Shown one piece after another: positions 11,134-20,607 of a stretch of DNA of 64,000 bases. Source of the stretch: an uncultured delta proteobacterium (GTDB lineage: Bacteria; Myxococcota_A; Polyangia; Polyangiales; Polyangiaceae); NCBI GenBank assembly GCA_963716725.1, contig CAVQUB010000012.1:1-64000 (forward strand), in the 5' to 3' direction. The notes beneath the pieces are model-generated. The model worked only from the letters and a program-made list of their open reading frames with translations, searched no databases and was not told where the DNA came from. How positions within the stretch are numbered: position 1 is the stretch's first letter; each line of letters begins with the position of its first letter. The position numbers and the translations under genes were made by a program.

Positions 11134-13763
11134 GCACCCGACCGCCCCTGCGCCACCGCCTGACGGCGGCACTGACGCTTCTGGTCTACGTATCGTTGCT
11201 GCTGCTGGTCCCAAGCTGTGGCGACCAAGGGTCAAAAACCATCACGGGAGCCCGCGAAGCGGTCCCCAGCTACAGCTGTGAAGACACTCTCACTGGGCAG
11301 GTGGCTCCAGCGGCGCCCATCGAAGGGGTGAGCAACATCCGCTACCGCCTGGGACGTGACGGCACGATTCGCCTCGAACTGCTCGACGCCGCTGCGGCAG
11401 TCATCGGCACGGTGCAGATCACGATCGAGATGATCTTGGGGAGCCAGTTCGGTGCGAACATCGACGCAAGCTACGAAGAAGGCGGCGAGGTCAAAGCCTC
11501 CCAGTCCACCCAAGTACGACTGGCTGGGGGACGCTGGCTGGGCCGCACCCGTCAAGCGGTCGGCCAGAATCACGCGCTGCTGTGGTCGGCTCTGGACTTG
11601 GACGGCAAGCTCGCGGAGCTGTCCCTCGGCGCGCCCCTGGCCGCTGGCGCAGTCCCGGCCGGCACCGCCGCGGTGGTCGACCAAGGCACGGCCTACGTCG
11701 CGCACGCGGTGATCACCGAAGGCGGGCAGGCCGACGTGCAAGGCGCGCGAGCGTTCATCCAGCAGCAAAGCTTGGCCGCCATCAACGGCGCCACGGCATT
11801 CCAACGCTTGACCCAAGCAGCGGAAAATCTGGCATGGCTGGACGACGCCGAAATCAAGCTGCGGCGCTGTACTGCCAGCTCGGCGGCGGATCTGGAGCCG
11901 GGGCTCAGCTCGACTTCCGCGCTTTCAGTCTGTAGTCAGGCCAAGTCCACGGCCGGAGCTGGCTCCTCCAGCCAGGCCCGCAACTCGTCGGAATCGTCAG
12001 CCCAGACGCAACAGGCCATCGAAGGCTGCAGCACCAGCGACAGCCCCTTTGCGAAGGTGCTTCAGATCGAGAGCATCCTGGGTTCGGTAGCTGCGGGCCT
12101 GGTGATTGCGGGTGTGTTGGCCGTCGCTTGGCCGGCGATCTTTGCCGGGTCGACTACAGCCCTCGTCGTAACGCTGGTCGGGTCGTCGGTAGCCGCCTAC
12201 GTGGTCGGCAATTGGATCAGCTCCCTGGTCAACGCCGCCGCTGGCGCGATCCCCGGACTCAACCAGCTGCGAGGCATTGGCAGCAGCGGCGCCGGCTCGG
12301 TGGCGAATGCGGTTTCCAACGCCAGCTCTGGGTCGCGCGGAGATCCCCACCTCTTCACCACCGATGGTCTGTTCTACGATCTGCAGGCAGCAGGCGAGTT
12401 CGTGCTGCTGGAATCGACGGGCCAAAATCCGTGGCAGGTCCAAGTGCGACAAGAGCCCGGCAACGGGATCTGTCCGAACATCGCCTTCAATACTGCGGTC
12501 GCTACGAAGCTAGGTGATGCCACTGTGCATTTGGACATCGCGCCCGAGCGACAACTCATGGTGGGCGGCATCCTGGCCACGGTGCCCGGCGATGCACTGC
12601 TCTTTGACAACGGCGACAGCCTGGAGCGCACCGATAAACTAGAGTGGACGCTGACCTGGGCGACGGGAGAGCGGCTCAGCGTGAGCGGCGTCGGCAATGC
12701 GCGCAGCCTTGATCTGTCTCTGCATCTACCCTCCAACCGTAAGCACGCGGTCCGTGGACTTTTGGGGAACTTCGACGGCGATCGCAACAACGACATCAGC
12801 CTGCGCGATGGAACGCTTCTGGCCCAACCCATCAAGCATGCACAACTGATCTCGGAATTTGCGGCCAGCTATCGAATCGCCCACCAGGAGTCTTTGTTCA
12901 GTTACGCCACGGGCGGCACCACCGCCGACTACGACGTGCCGGGATTTCCCACTGGCGAAGCGACTCCCGCAGATCTGCCGGAGGCCGTCCGCACCTCCGC
13001 AGAACAGACCTGCAAGAGCGCCGGCATCGAGAACCCGATCTCCCTCGATGCCTGCATTCTGGATGTCGGGTGCACCGGCGACGCAGACTTGACCGAGTCC
13101 CACGTGGGAGTGCTCCCGGATTCCAAGCTGAATTTCCCCCAGCCCGTCGACTACTCGGGCTGGGTTGCAGAAGGTCAGGGCACTTGGGTGCCCGACACGG
13201 ACGGGCTTTCCGTGGTTCAGCTGACCAATGGAGACCCCACCTTCTACGTCAGCCCCGACGACTACCTGGGCGTCCAATTCACGGGCAGCCTGACGGTCGA
13301 GACCACGGGCGACGATGACATCATTGGCTTCGTCCTGGGATACCAAACGCCGCTCACTGCGAGCGGCGACGATCCTGACGATCTGAACGCCGTGATCATC
13401 AGTTGGAAAGCAGTGGCGCAAAACTACGTCGGCGGCGTGGCACAGGAAGGCCTGACCTTGTCTCGCTCGAGCGGACTGCAAACCGATCTTCGGGGCACTC
13501 TCTGGCATCACCCGGAGTCGCCCATCTATAAAGTGCTCGCAACCAGCTACGGTTCCGACAAGGGTTGGATGGTCAAGACGACGTACAAGTTCGTCCTGAC
13601 CTACACGGCGTCCTTGGTCGAAGTGAGCATCGACGGAGCACCCCTTTTCAGCGTGACTTCGGCCCAAGCCGGCGCGCCCTTCGAGGCCGGCCGATTTGGC
13701 TTCTACAACTTCTCTCAGTCCAATGTCCGTTACGCGGACTTCAGCGTGACTCAACTCAACTGA
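11130..13763 (+). CDS. Lipoprotein with hydrophobic segment, GDPH/VWD domain and thrombospondin C-terminal-like domain
   Basis: VPSC lipobox; GDPHLFTTDG..YDLQAAGEF; GLLGNFDG; C-terminal NGDP...DDDIIGFVLGYQ...SWK...LWH...GRFGFYNFSQ. Confidence 0.85.
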   Translation: MSTRPPLRHRLTAALTLLVYVSLLLLVPSCGDQGSKTITGAREAVPSYSCEDTLTGQVAPAAPIEGVSNIRYRLGRDGTIRLELLDAAAAVIGTVQITIEMILGSQFGANIDASYEEGGEVKASQSTQVRLAGGRWLGRTRQAVGQNHALLWSALDLDGKLAELSLGAPLAAGAVPAGTAAVVDQGTAYVAHAVITEGGQADVQGARAFIQQQSLAAINGATAFQRLTQAAENLAWLDDAEIKLRRCTASSAADLEPGLSSTSALSVCSQAKSTAGAGSSSQARNSSESSAQTQQAIEGCSTSDSPFAKVLQIESILGSVAAGLVIAGVLAVAWPAIFAGSTTALVVTLVGSSVAAYVVGNWISSLVNAAAGAIPGLNQLRGIGSSGAGSVANAVSNASSGSRGDPHLFTTDGLFYDLQAAGEFVLLESTGQNPWQVQVRQEPGNGICPNIAFNTAVATKLGDATVHLDIAPERQLMVGGILATVPGDALLFDNGDSLERTDKLEWTLTWATGERLSVSGVGNARSLDLSLHLPSNRKHAVRGLLGNFDGDRNNDISLRDGTLLAQPIKHAQLISEFAASYRIAHQESLFSYATGGTTADYDVPGFPTGEATPADLPEAVRTSAEQTCKSAGIENPISLDACILDVGCTGDADLTESHVGVLPDSKLNFPQPVDYSGWVAEGQGTWVPDTDGLSVVQLTNGDPTFYVSPDDYLGVQFTGSLTVETTGDDDIIGFVLGYQTPLTASGDDPDDLNAVIISWKAVAQNYVGGVAQEGLTLSRSSGLQTDLRGTLWHHPESPIYKVLATSYGSDKGWMVKTTYKFVLTYTASLVEVSIDGAPLFSVTSAQAGAPFEAGRFGFYNFSQSNVRYADFSVTQLN

Positions 13764-13990
13764 GAGCGCCGTCTCCGCGCCAGCCGTACTAGCCCAAATG
13801 CCCCGATCAGCAGCCAGGGGTGCGAAGGCTCAGAGCCGCCCGGAAGCGCGCATCCGCAGCCGTCGTCCTTCTTGGGCGGCGCGAGGTCCATGGCCGCAGC
13901 CACGACCCTCGGCGCTGCCGTGGATGTGGAACCGTGGGTCAGCGATGCGACCAGCAGACCCACCGCGAAGACTGGGGAGGGGCGAAGCAT
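13751..13990 (-). CDS. Very short protein: signal peptide plus MYXO-CTERM-like tail
   Basis: DDGCGC + TM helix + RRRR. Confidence 0.55.
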   Translation of the reverse strand: MLRPSPVFAVGLLVASLTHGSTSTAAPRVVAAAMDLAPPKKDDGCGCALPGGSEPSHPWLLIGAFGLVRLARRRRSQLS

Positions 13991-13994
13991 GCGG

Positions 13995-14597
13995 TCAGCT
14001 ACACCAGGTGCCGTTGGCCTTCTCGCACTGCGTCTTGATCGACTTTGCGCTGCCTTGATTGGTGCCCGTGTAGTAGCAGGTGTCGTACTTCACCGCGGGG
14101 TTGGAGCAGCAGCCCAGGTCCGCCTTGGGGCAACCGGAGCCGTCCGTCCAGGTACCGTTCTGGTTGCACACGGCCTTCAGAACGTCGGCAACGCCGCTGG
14201 CATTGTACTGCTTGCAGGTCTTGTCGTTGTTCAGGCAGTGTGCCGCCTGGTTCTTGCCACACGCGCTGGCGCCGCCCGCCCCCGCGCTTCCGCCTGCGCC
14301 GCCTGCGCCGCCTGCGCCGCCTGCGCCGCCTGCGCCGCCGCCGCTGCCGGCAGAGCCCCCAGCACCACCGGATCCGGATCCAGCTTGGCCCCCCGAACCT
14401 CCGGTCTGGCCACCGCTGCCCGCCGCGCCGCCGCTGGCGGCCGTGCCCCCCGTGCCGCCGCCGGCTGTGCCGCCGGAGGCGGAGCTCCCGCCCGACCCCC
14501 CGCTGCCGCCGCCGCTGTCATCACTGCCACACGCAACGACAAAGGATGAACCAAGCGCCAAGAGCACCGCGGCAGGACCGAAAGCAGAGTTCTTCAT
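13995..14597 (-). CDS. Gly-linker lipoprotein with Cys-rich C-terminal domain
   Basis: FVVACGSDD; ends C...NGTWC. Confidence 0.75.
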   Translation of the reverse strand: MKNSAFGPAAVLLALGSSFVVACGSDDSGGGSGGSGGSSASGGTAGGGTGGTAASGGAAGSGGQTGGSGGQAGSGSGGAGGSAGSGGGAGGAGGAGGAGGAGGSAGAGGASACGKNQAAHCLNNDKTCKQYNASGVADVLKAVCNQNGTWTDGSGCPKADLGCCSNPAVKYDTCYYTGTNQGSAKSIKTQCEKANGTWCS

Positions 14598-14733
14598 GCT
14601 TTCAACCAATTCACGGCGCGGCCGGGTGGTCAACCCTCAAGCTCGGGTGCCGGAGCAGTTTGGGGTGGGGGTTCGGGGGAGGCTTCGACCAGCGCCTTGA
14701 ACGCCTTGGCGAGGCGCCGCATCCGAGTGCGCC

Positions 14734-16026
14734 ATGCGACGAAGGCTCCTTACGTGCGCCATCCTCGTGAGCGCCGCTGTTCCGCTCACCGCATGCGGCA
14801 GCGGTAGTTCCGGGGGAGGAACAGCCGGCACCGGCGGCGGCGGCGGCGGCTTCGCTACGGGGGGCAGTGGTGGCAGCGGCGCTCAGAGTAGCGGCGGAGA
14901 CGCTGGACAAGCAGGATCCGGCGGTGTGGGCGGCGGCGGATCCGGCGGTGTGGGCGGCGGATCCGGGGGCAGCGCCAGCAACGGTTGGACAGCCGAGTTT
15001 GAGTCGTCCGAGCTCTGGAAAAACGGATACTCCGACTGCGAGATAAATGGCTTCGTGGTCGAAGCCTTCGCTCTCGACCCCAACAAACCAAATCGCATGG
15101 CCGCCGTCATGACCTGCACCAAGAACTCGGTCAAGTCGCAGGTCCTGCTCGACTTCGATCTCGACACGAAGCAGCTGCTCGCCAAGGAGCTCCTACTTGA
15201 TGACGTTCTTTTGGGCATTACGGTAACGAAGGCGGGCCGCGCTGCGGCCATCTACCGCTCCCAGGCCCCAGCAACGAATCCGAGGGTCACGGTTGCGTAT
15301 CACGACTCAGGCGCCGCGGACTGGCAGGTGGTGACGCGCGACTATTCTCCCTTCGATGGCTACGCCAACAGCATGACCACGGACGGCGACCGCGTGATGT
15401 TGGCTGGGCAAGGGGCGGTCTACGATGTCTCGAAGCTCGACACCCCGTCGAGTTGGACGCGGCACTCGCACGACATTCCCGGCCCCTCCGCTGGCGGCGA
15501 AGACATCGAATGGATGGTGATCGACGCGGGCCAAGCCACGCAAGCGCTGTTGGCCACGTCCCCGAGTGCGGGCCTTGCGGTCTACCGATGCACGCTACCC
15601 ACCACACCAGCTGGCAAGGTGATCTGCCAGAGCAAGCCGACGAACCAAGGCTTTGCGGGTGCTCCCTATTTCCAATGGGAAGATGTCTATTCGCACGGGT
15701 TCGCTACCGTGTGGGCGCGCAGCGGCAAGAAACCGACCCCGTGGGCGACATCAGACGAAGGCAAGTCCTTCTCTGATCTGACCTTGCCGTCGCCGTGCCA
15801 AGAAGCAGCAACGACGCACAGCTTCGCGGGTGACCCCAAAAGCGCCAAGACGTTCGTGATCGCCCAGAGTTGGGGAGTGAGCCGCTTGTTCGCCACTCAC
15901 GACTCGGGCGCCAGCTACGTCGAAGTCCCAAGCAGCGGTGGATCGATCGCTGGCATTGCGATCGGCAGTGATGGCTCGCTGGTGCTAGCCAACGGTGGCA
16001 AAGTACTGCGTCGCTCCAGCTTCTGA
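14734..16026 (+). CDS. Lipoprotein, probable beta-propeller (BNR-like repeats)
   Basis: LTACG lipobox; TSDEGKSF and THDSGASY Asp-box-like motifs. Confidence 0.7.
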   Translation: MRRRLLTCAILVSAAVPLTACGSGSSGGGTAGTGGGGGGFATGGSGGSGAQSSGGDAGQAGSGGVGGGGSGGVGGGSGGSASNGWTAEFESSELWKNGYSDCEINGFVVEAFALDPNKPNRMAAVMTCTKNSVKSQVLLDFDLDTKQLLAKELLLDDVLLGITVTKAGRAAAIYRSQAPATNPRVTVAYHDSGAADWQVVTRDYSPFDGYANSMTTDGDRVMLAGQGAVYDVSKLDTPSSWTRHSHDIPGPSAGGEDIEWMVIDAGQATQALLATSPSAGLAVYRCTLPTTPAGKVICQSKPTNQGFAGAPYFQWEDVYSHGFATVWARSGKKPTPWATSDEGKSFSDLTLPSPCQEAATTHSFAGDPKSAKTFVIAQSWGVSRLFATHDSGASYVEVPSSGGSIAGIAIGSDGSLVLANGGKVLRRSSF

Positions 16027-16202
16027 CTCATGCGACTCGGCCCGTCTGCAGCAAGCCCATGACGGGCGTTGGCTACCCGCACCCACGCCGCAGTCACAGT
16101 CAGACACCACGTCGTCCCTGACTTGCGCCACCGCAGGATCACTGCCCTGGGAGTTCACCGGAAAGCGCATTCGCGGCAAGTGCCGCGGCATGAGCCGCCA
16201 GC

Positions 16203-17774
16203 CTACGGCGTGTAGCCCAACCCTGCGCGATGCACGGTGCCCGTAGTGTAGTTCGTCCAGAAGACGTAGGTGCCGTCCGTGGCGATGCCGTAGGTGCTTG
16301 TCGACCCTTGGTTGGACACGTAGTCGAACGGCGTCGTCTGGGTGCCGTCCTTGCGGTAGCGGCGCACGTTGCCGGGTGAGCCGCTCGCCCAGTACACGCT
16401 GGTGCCATCGGAATCCAGGAACGCGTCGTAGCCGCTGTCGATGAAGACGTTCTGGATGTTCGCCGCTGTCCCCCCGACCGGGATCTTCTTGATGCCCTGA
16501 TTGGCGTGGGTCACCCAATAGAAACCGCCTTCCAACAGGAGGCCACCCAGCCGGTCGGGCAGGCTGCTGATGACCGCGGTCGCAGTGCCGCCCGTCTTTG
16601 GTAGTTTCGAGATCGTTCCCGTGGCGGTAAACACGGAGGTCGTGAAGTAGACGTCGCTGCCCACTAGCAGAAGTGACTGCGGGTTGGAGAGACCAGTCGC
16701 CAGCGTCTCCGGCGTGCCGCCGCCCTTGAGCACTCGGTAGATGCCGCCTCCCGTGTACGTCGAGTAGTACGCATGCGTGGCATCGACCTGCACGTGCACC
16801 GGTACGCTGGGCGCGTTGTCCACGACAACCTGCACGTTGGTGCCGTCCTTCAGGGCGCGCATCACGCGTCGCGGCGAGCCGCGATTGACCCAGTAGACGT
16901 GGGTAGCGTCCGTGTCCATGCCGTAGGGTTGGCTCTGGCCGGAGATGATCGCCTTGGGGGGAGCTGTGTTGCCCCCGTCGCTGCCGCTGTCCGCGCTTGC
17001 GTCGGAGCCGCCTCCGTCGCTGCTAGCGTCTACCCCGGCGTCGGCGCCACCCGTGCCGCCCGTGGATGTGCCGCCGGTGCCGCCCGTGGATGTGCCGCCG
17101 GTGCCGCCCGTGGATGTGCCGCCGGTGCCGCCCGTGGATGTGCCGCCGGTGCCGCCCGTGGAGGCGCCGCCGGTTCCGCCCGCGCCGCCGCTGCCGCCGT
17201 CAGGCGGACTGACCAGGTAATCGGTGAAACATCCGGCTTTCTTGCCGCAAGTCGAGCACTCGCTGTCGCGCCAGAAGTTATTGGTGTCCTTGACATAGCG
17301 ACACAACGTGCGGGTCTTCGTGACGGTGGTGCCAATCACGCTCGTGTCACTGCAACAACCCACGAGTGGCCTGCCGTTCAGTTCATCGGTCGGGCAGCGC
17401 GCGGCGGACCAATTGGCGCACCCTGCTTGTGGGGAAGGCGTCGTCGGCTCGTAGTATTCAGTGCAACCCTGCGAGTCGTTGAGCACGTTGCCTAGGCACG
17501 AGCCAATGAAGGCGCCCTTGTGAAAGCACTCGCTACCTCCTTTGACGCACGCTGCGCCTGCAGTTCCTCCCGATCCAGCGCCGCCGCCCAGGCCGCCGGT
17601 GCCCGCCGTGCCGCCGGTGAGTCCGCTCCCACCGCTGCCGGAACTGGCGCCAGTCCCGGTCCCGGCCGAGCTCCCGCCGCTTCCGCCGTCGTCCTTCGAG
17701 TCACCCCCGCACGCCCAAAAGCACGTACCAGTCGCAACCAGCGCAAACGTCATCCTCGAGAAAGTCATATTCAC
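16203..17774 (-). CDS. Lipoprotein with Cys-rich domain and D.T.VYW beta-propeller
   Basis: FWACGGD; repeated DATHVYW / DGTSVYW / DGTYVFW blades. Confidence 0.8.
   Translation of the reverse strand: MNMTFSRMTFALVATGTCFWACGGDSKDDGGSGGSSAGTGTGASSGSGGSGLTGGTAGTGGLGGGAGSGGTAGAACVKGGSECFHKGAFIGSCLGNVLNDSQGCTEYYEPTTPSPQAGCANWSAARCPTDELNGRPLVGCCSDTSVIGTTVTKTRTLCRYVKDTNNFWRDSECSTCGKKAGCFTDYLVSPPDGGSGGAGGTGGASTGGTGGTSTGGTGGTSTGGTGGTSTGGTGGTSTGGTGGADAGVDASSDGGGSDASADSGSDGGNTAPPKAIISGQSQPYGMDTDATHVYWVNRGSPRRVMRALKDGTNVQVVVDNAPSVPVHVQVDATHAYYSTYTGGGIYRVLKGGGTPETLATGLSNPQSLLLVGSDVYFTTSVFTATGTISKLPKTGGTATAVISSLPDRLGGLLLEGGFYWVTHANQGIKKIPVGGTAANIQNVFIDSGYDAFLDSDGTSVYWASGSPGNVRRYRKDGTQTTPFDYVSNQGSTSTYGIATDGTYVFWTNYTTGTVHRAGLGYTP
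17049..17165. repeat. 21-bp tandem repeat (about 5 copies) encoding a GGTGGTST-type linker
   Basis: gtgccgcccgtggatgtgccg units read directly. Confidence 0.85.
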
Positions 17775-17883
17775 CCCGTCTGTGTAACCCTGCCAAGCTA
17801 GCCGACGGCGCAGGGCAGCGACATACCCCGGTCGGGGGATGGCAGCACAGACACGACCGAGCAGTACTGGAGGCTTCGCGAAC

Positions 17884-18519
17884 TCAATCGAACAGTCGCT
17901 GCTGGATCGCGATCTTCACGGCCTCGGTCTTGGACGTCACGTCGAGCTTTCGGTAGATATTCTTGGCGTGGGAATGCACGGTGCCCGGGCTGATCTGCAA
18001 CATGTCGCCGATTTCCGAATAGGTCGAGCCCGCACTCATGAGTTCGAGCACTTCGCGTTCGCGCTCCGTAATGGCGAGCGTCGGGTCGGCTGCGTCCGGA
18101 CGAAAGCTCTGTACGACTTTGCGCGCGACTTCAGGTGTCATCGGAGCACCCCCGGTCCAAGCGTGGAGCGCAGCCTCGAGGACCTCCTCCGAAGACGCGT
18201 CTTTGAGCAAGTATCCGTCCGCTCCCGCGCGAAGCGCACTGAAGATGGATTCGTCGTCACCAAAGACCGTGAACACCAGCACCGCCGAATCGGGGCGCGT
18301 TGCCACCACGCGCGCGATGAGCGCGTTGCCGTGGCCATCGGGCAGCCCCAGATCGACAATCGAGACGTCGATGGCCGCGTCGCTTTCGATGACCTCCAGG
18401 GCGGCGTTGACTGTACCGACGCTCGCCACGACGGTAAGCTCGGCCTCGTGTCTCTCGATCACGGACTCGATGCCTGCGCGCACTTCGGGGTCATCGTCCA
18501 CCAAGAAGACTCGAATCAT
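17884..18519 (-). CDS. NarL/LuxR family response regulator
   Basis: LVDDD, DLGLPD, GADGYLLK, LuxR HTH (TERERE...IYRKL). Confidence 0.95.
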   Translation of the reverse strand: MIRVFLVDDDPEVRAGIESVIERHEAELTVVASVGTVNAALEVIESDAAIDVSIVDLGLPDGHGNALIARVVATRPDSAVLVFTVFGDDESIFSALRAGADGYLLKDASSEEVLEAALHAWTGGAPMTPEVARKVVQSFRPDAADPTLAITEREREVLELMSAGSTYSEIGDMLQISPGTVHSHAKNIYRKLDVTSKTEAVKIAIQQRLFD

Positions 18520-18610
18520 CAGCTCCCCCTTTCTGCCACAGTGAACCCCGGTATTCCACTTGCAACGGCCAAGGTCGGAGCACGTCCACTCGCTGTGCCC
18601 GGATATCGAC

Positions 18611-19405
18611 GTGGCTAGCGCGCAAAGTGCCGTCGGCGCGCTGCAGTCCTACGGGTCGCAGCGAACCTGGGGCATCGTGCTGGGTCAGGTCCTGCTCGCA
18701 GGTGTAGTGACGGCGCTCCCGCTCGTGCCCGAAGTTGCGGCAGCGGTCCGTGTTTCTTTTCGACACACGTCTTGGACCATGGCTGTTTTCGTCGCGACCG
18801 TCGCCGCCGCAACAGCTGCCTACCATGCGACAGGAGTCTCACGCCTGTACCGGTTGCTGGAGTACTTGGAGTCCGTGGTGGCGATGGCCGTCGGGCCTGC
18901 GCTGCTGCTAGCGGCAGGCGACGGTCAGAGCGTGTTTTGGCTGCTCTACTTGGTTTCCGCCGCGCAGGCCGCCAGCATCGGGACCCGGGCGCATGTGCTC
19001 ACAGTGATGCTCGTACCCGTACTCACTGGCCTCGGGCTGTTCGTCATCCATCGAGATGTCCCAGGTCTGATCGCGAGCCTGCTGGTGACGGCGGTTGCGT
19101 TCAACCTCATCGCGACCTATCGCCCGGTCTTCGCACAGTTCGCGCAGGCCCTAGCTGCGGAGCGCGAGCTGCGCGCCAAAATCGTTGCTGAACGCATGCG
19201 CGCCGAGCGCGGCAGGCTTGCACGCGACCTGCATGATGGGTTGGGCGCGGATCTCACTGCGCTGGTGTGGCAAGCACGCCGTGTCGACGCGCGCCTGGAG
19301 AGCACCGGCGCCGCGTGGCCACCAAGCCGCATTGCCCACGGCCTGCGGGACGCCCTGGCGGCGCTTCGGCGAGGCGTTCTGACTTTGCGGGACGGCGGCT
19401 CATGA
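18611..19405 (+). CDS. Membrane sensor with HisKA_3 H-box but no ATPase domain
   Basis: TM region; ERGRLARDLHDGLGADL; stops right after the DHp helices. Confidence 0.75.
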   Translation: MASAQSAVGALQSYGSQRTWGIVLGQVLLAGVVTALPLVPEVAAAVRVSFRHTSWTMAVFVATVAAATAAYHATGVSRLYRLLEYLESVVAMAVGPALLLAAGDGQSVFWLLYLVSAAQAASIGTRAHVLTVMLVPVLTGLGLFVIHRDVPGLIASLLVTAVAFNLIATYRPVFAQFAQALAAERELRAKIVAERMRAERGRLARDLHDGLGADLTALVWQARRVDARLESTGAAWPPSRIAHGLRDALAALRRGVLTLRDGGS

Positions 19406-20592
19406 GCACCGACGCTCTCGAGCAGTCCCACGAGACGCAGGCCCGATCCTTCGTCGCCCAGGGAGGGATCTTCGCTATCGCCGCGATCGTGATCGTACTG
19501 CCGGCGATCCCCGCGCTTGGCGCCTACCTTCGCGTGGGCGTGAGGGATGCGGTCGTTTCGCTCGCCCCATACCTGCTGACCTCGACGACGGCGACGGTCT
19601 TGTTCAAGACGCGAGGCGTCGGCCGCGCCTACACCGTTGCCAACCACATCGAGAGTTGGACCGTCGCCTGGGTCGTCCACTCGCTGATTTTGGCGAGCGG
19701 GTCGTCTCACAGTATCTTCTGGGCGTTCTATGCGGCGCAGTTGACGGTGTTGGGGGTCGGCCATGAACGGCGCCTGCACGCGCTCGCTATCGTCGGTGGT
19801 GGTCCCGCCCTGCTCGCGCTCGCGTTCCTAGTGTTTCGCGACAGCATGACCGACGCCGTGCTCTCACTTCTGCTGGGAGGGATAGGCTCGGTCATGATCC
19901 TTCAACTGCGCGACGCCTCGGACGCCCTTCGAGCGAAGCTGGCGACGGAGCGCGGCCTTCGCGCGGACCTCGCCGACATCGAATCGCGCCTTGCCCGCTG
20001 GCGCTTGGCTTCGCCCTTGCACGCAGAACTCGATGCTCGTCTTGGCGACGTTGGTGCGGTGGTGCAAGCGCTACGCGCCGACACGGAGGATCCCAGTCTC
20101 GAGCGCGACCTGGACGCGCTCCTAGTCCGCGTGGGCGGCGCGCAGCGGGAGCTTGCGATCGCCACGCGCGTGCTCGAGGGCGGCGCCCGCACGTGGGCCG
20201 AGATAGCCAGCGACTTGCAAGCGCGACTGGTCGAACTCACCCACTCCGTAGAGCTCAGCTTCCTGGATGCGACAGAAGCAGCGCCAGAAACCATTGCTCC
20301 GGAACGCGCGCTGGGATTCGAGCGTGCGGTACTCGAGGCCGTGCGCAATGCGGTCCGCCATTCGAGGGCGAACAAAGTCGAGGTGCGACTGCTGGCTGGC
20401 CAGACCTTGCGCGCCGAGGTGCGTGACGACGGCACTGGGCTGCCGCCGGAGTGCTTCGATCGTGAGACCGGTGGCATCGCAAATCTTCGCCACCGCGCTG
20501 CGCACGCTGGTGGACGGCTGGACGTCACCACGGGCGCGGGAGGCACGCGGATCGTATTCGATGTCCCGAACTTGGAAGCTTCGACGCCGTAG
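19402..20592 (+). CDS. Membrane histidine kinase with HATPase and atypical H-box
   Basis: EAVRNAVRHS (N box), VRDDGTG (G1), GGIANLRHRA, GTRI; H-box region ASPLHAELD. Confidence 0.8.
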   Translation: MSTDALEQSHETQARSFVAQGGIFAIAAIVIVLPAIPALGAYLRVGVRDAVVSLAPYLLTSTTATVLFKTRGVGRAYTVANHIESWTVAWVVHSLILASGSSHSIFWAFYAAQLTVLGVGHERRLHALAIVGGGPALLALAFLVFRDSMTDAVLSLLLGGIGSVMILQLRDASDALRAKLATERGLRADLADIESRLARWRLASPLHAELDARLGDVGAVVQALRADTEDPSLERDLDALLVRVGGAQRELAIATRVLEGGARTWAEIASDLQARLVELTHSVELSFLDATEAAPETIAPERALGFERAVLEAVRNAVRHSRANKVEVRLLAGQTLRAEVRDDGTGLPPECFDRETGGIANLRHRAAHAGGRLDVTTGAGGTRIVFDVPNLEASTP

Positions 20593-20607
20593 GTGGCCTC
20601 GGCTGCT

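Noticed and set aside
14290..14345. 9-bp tandem repeat as a phase-variation tract
   Set aside because: Multiple of three, encoding a Gly/Ala linker; ordinary low complexity
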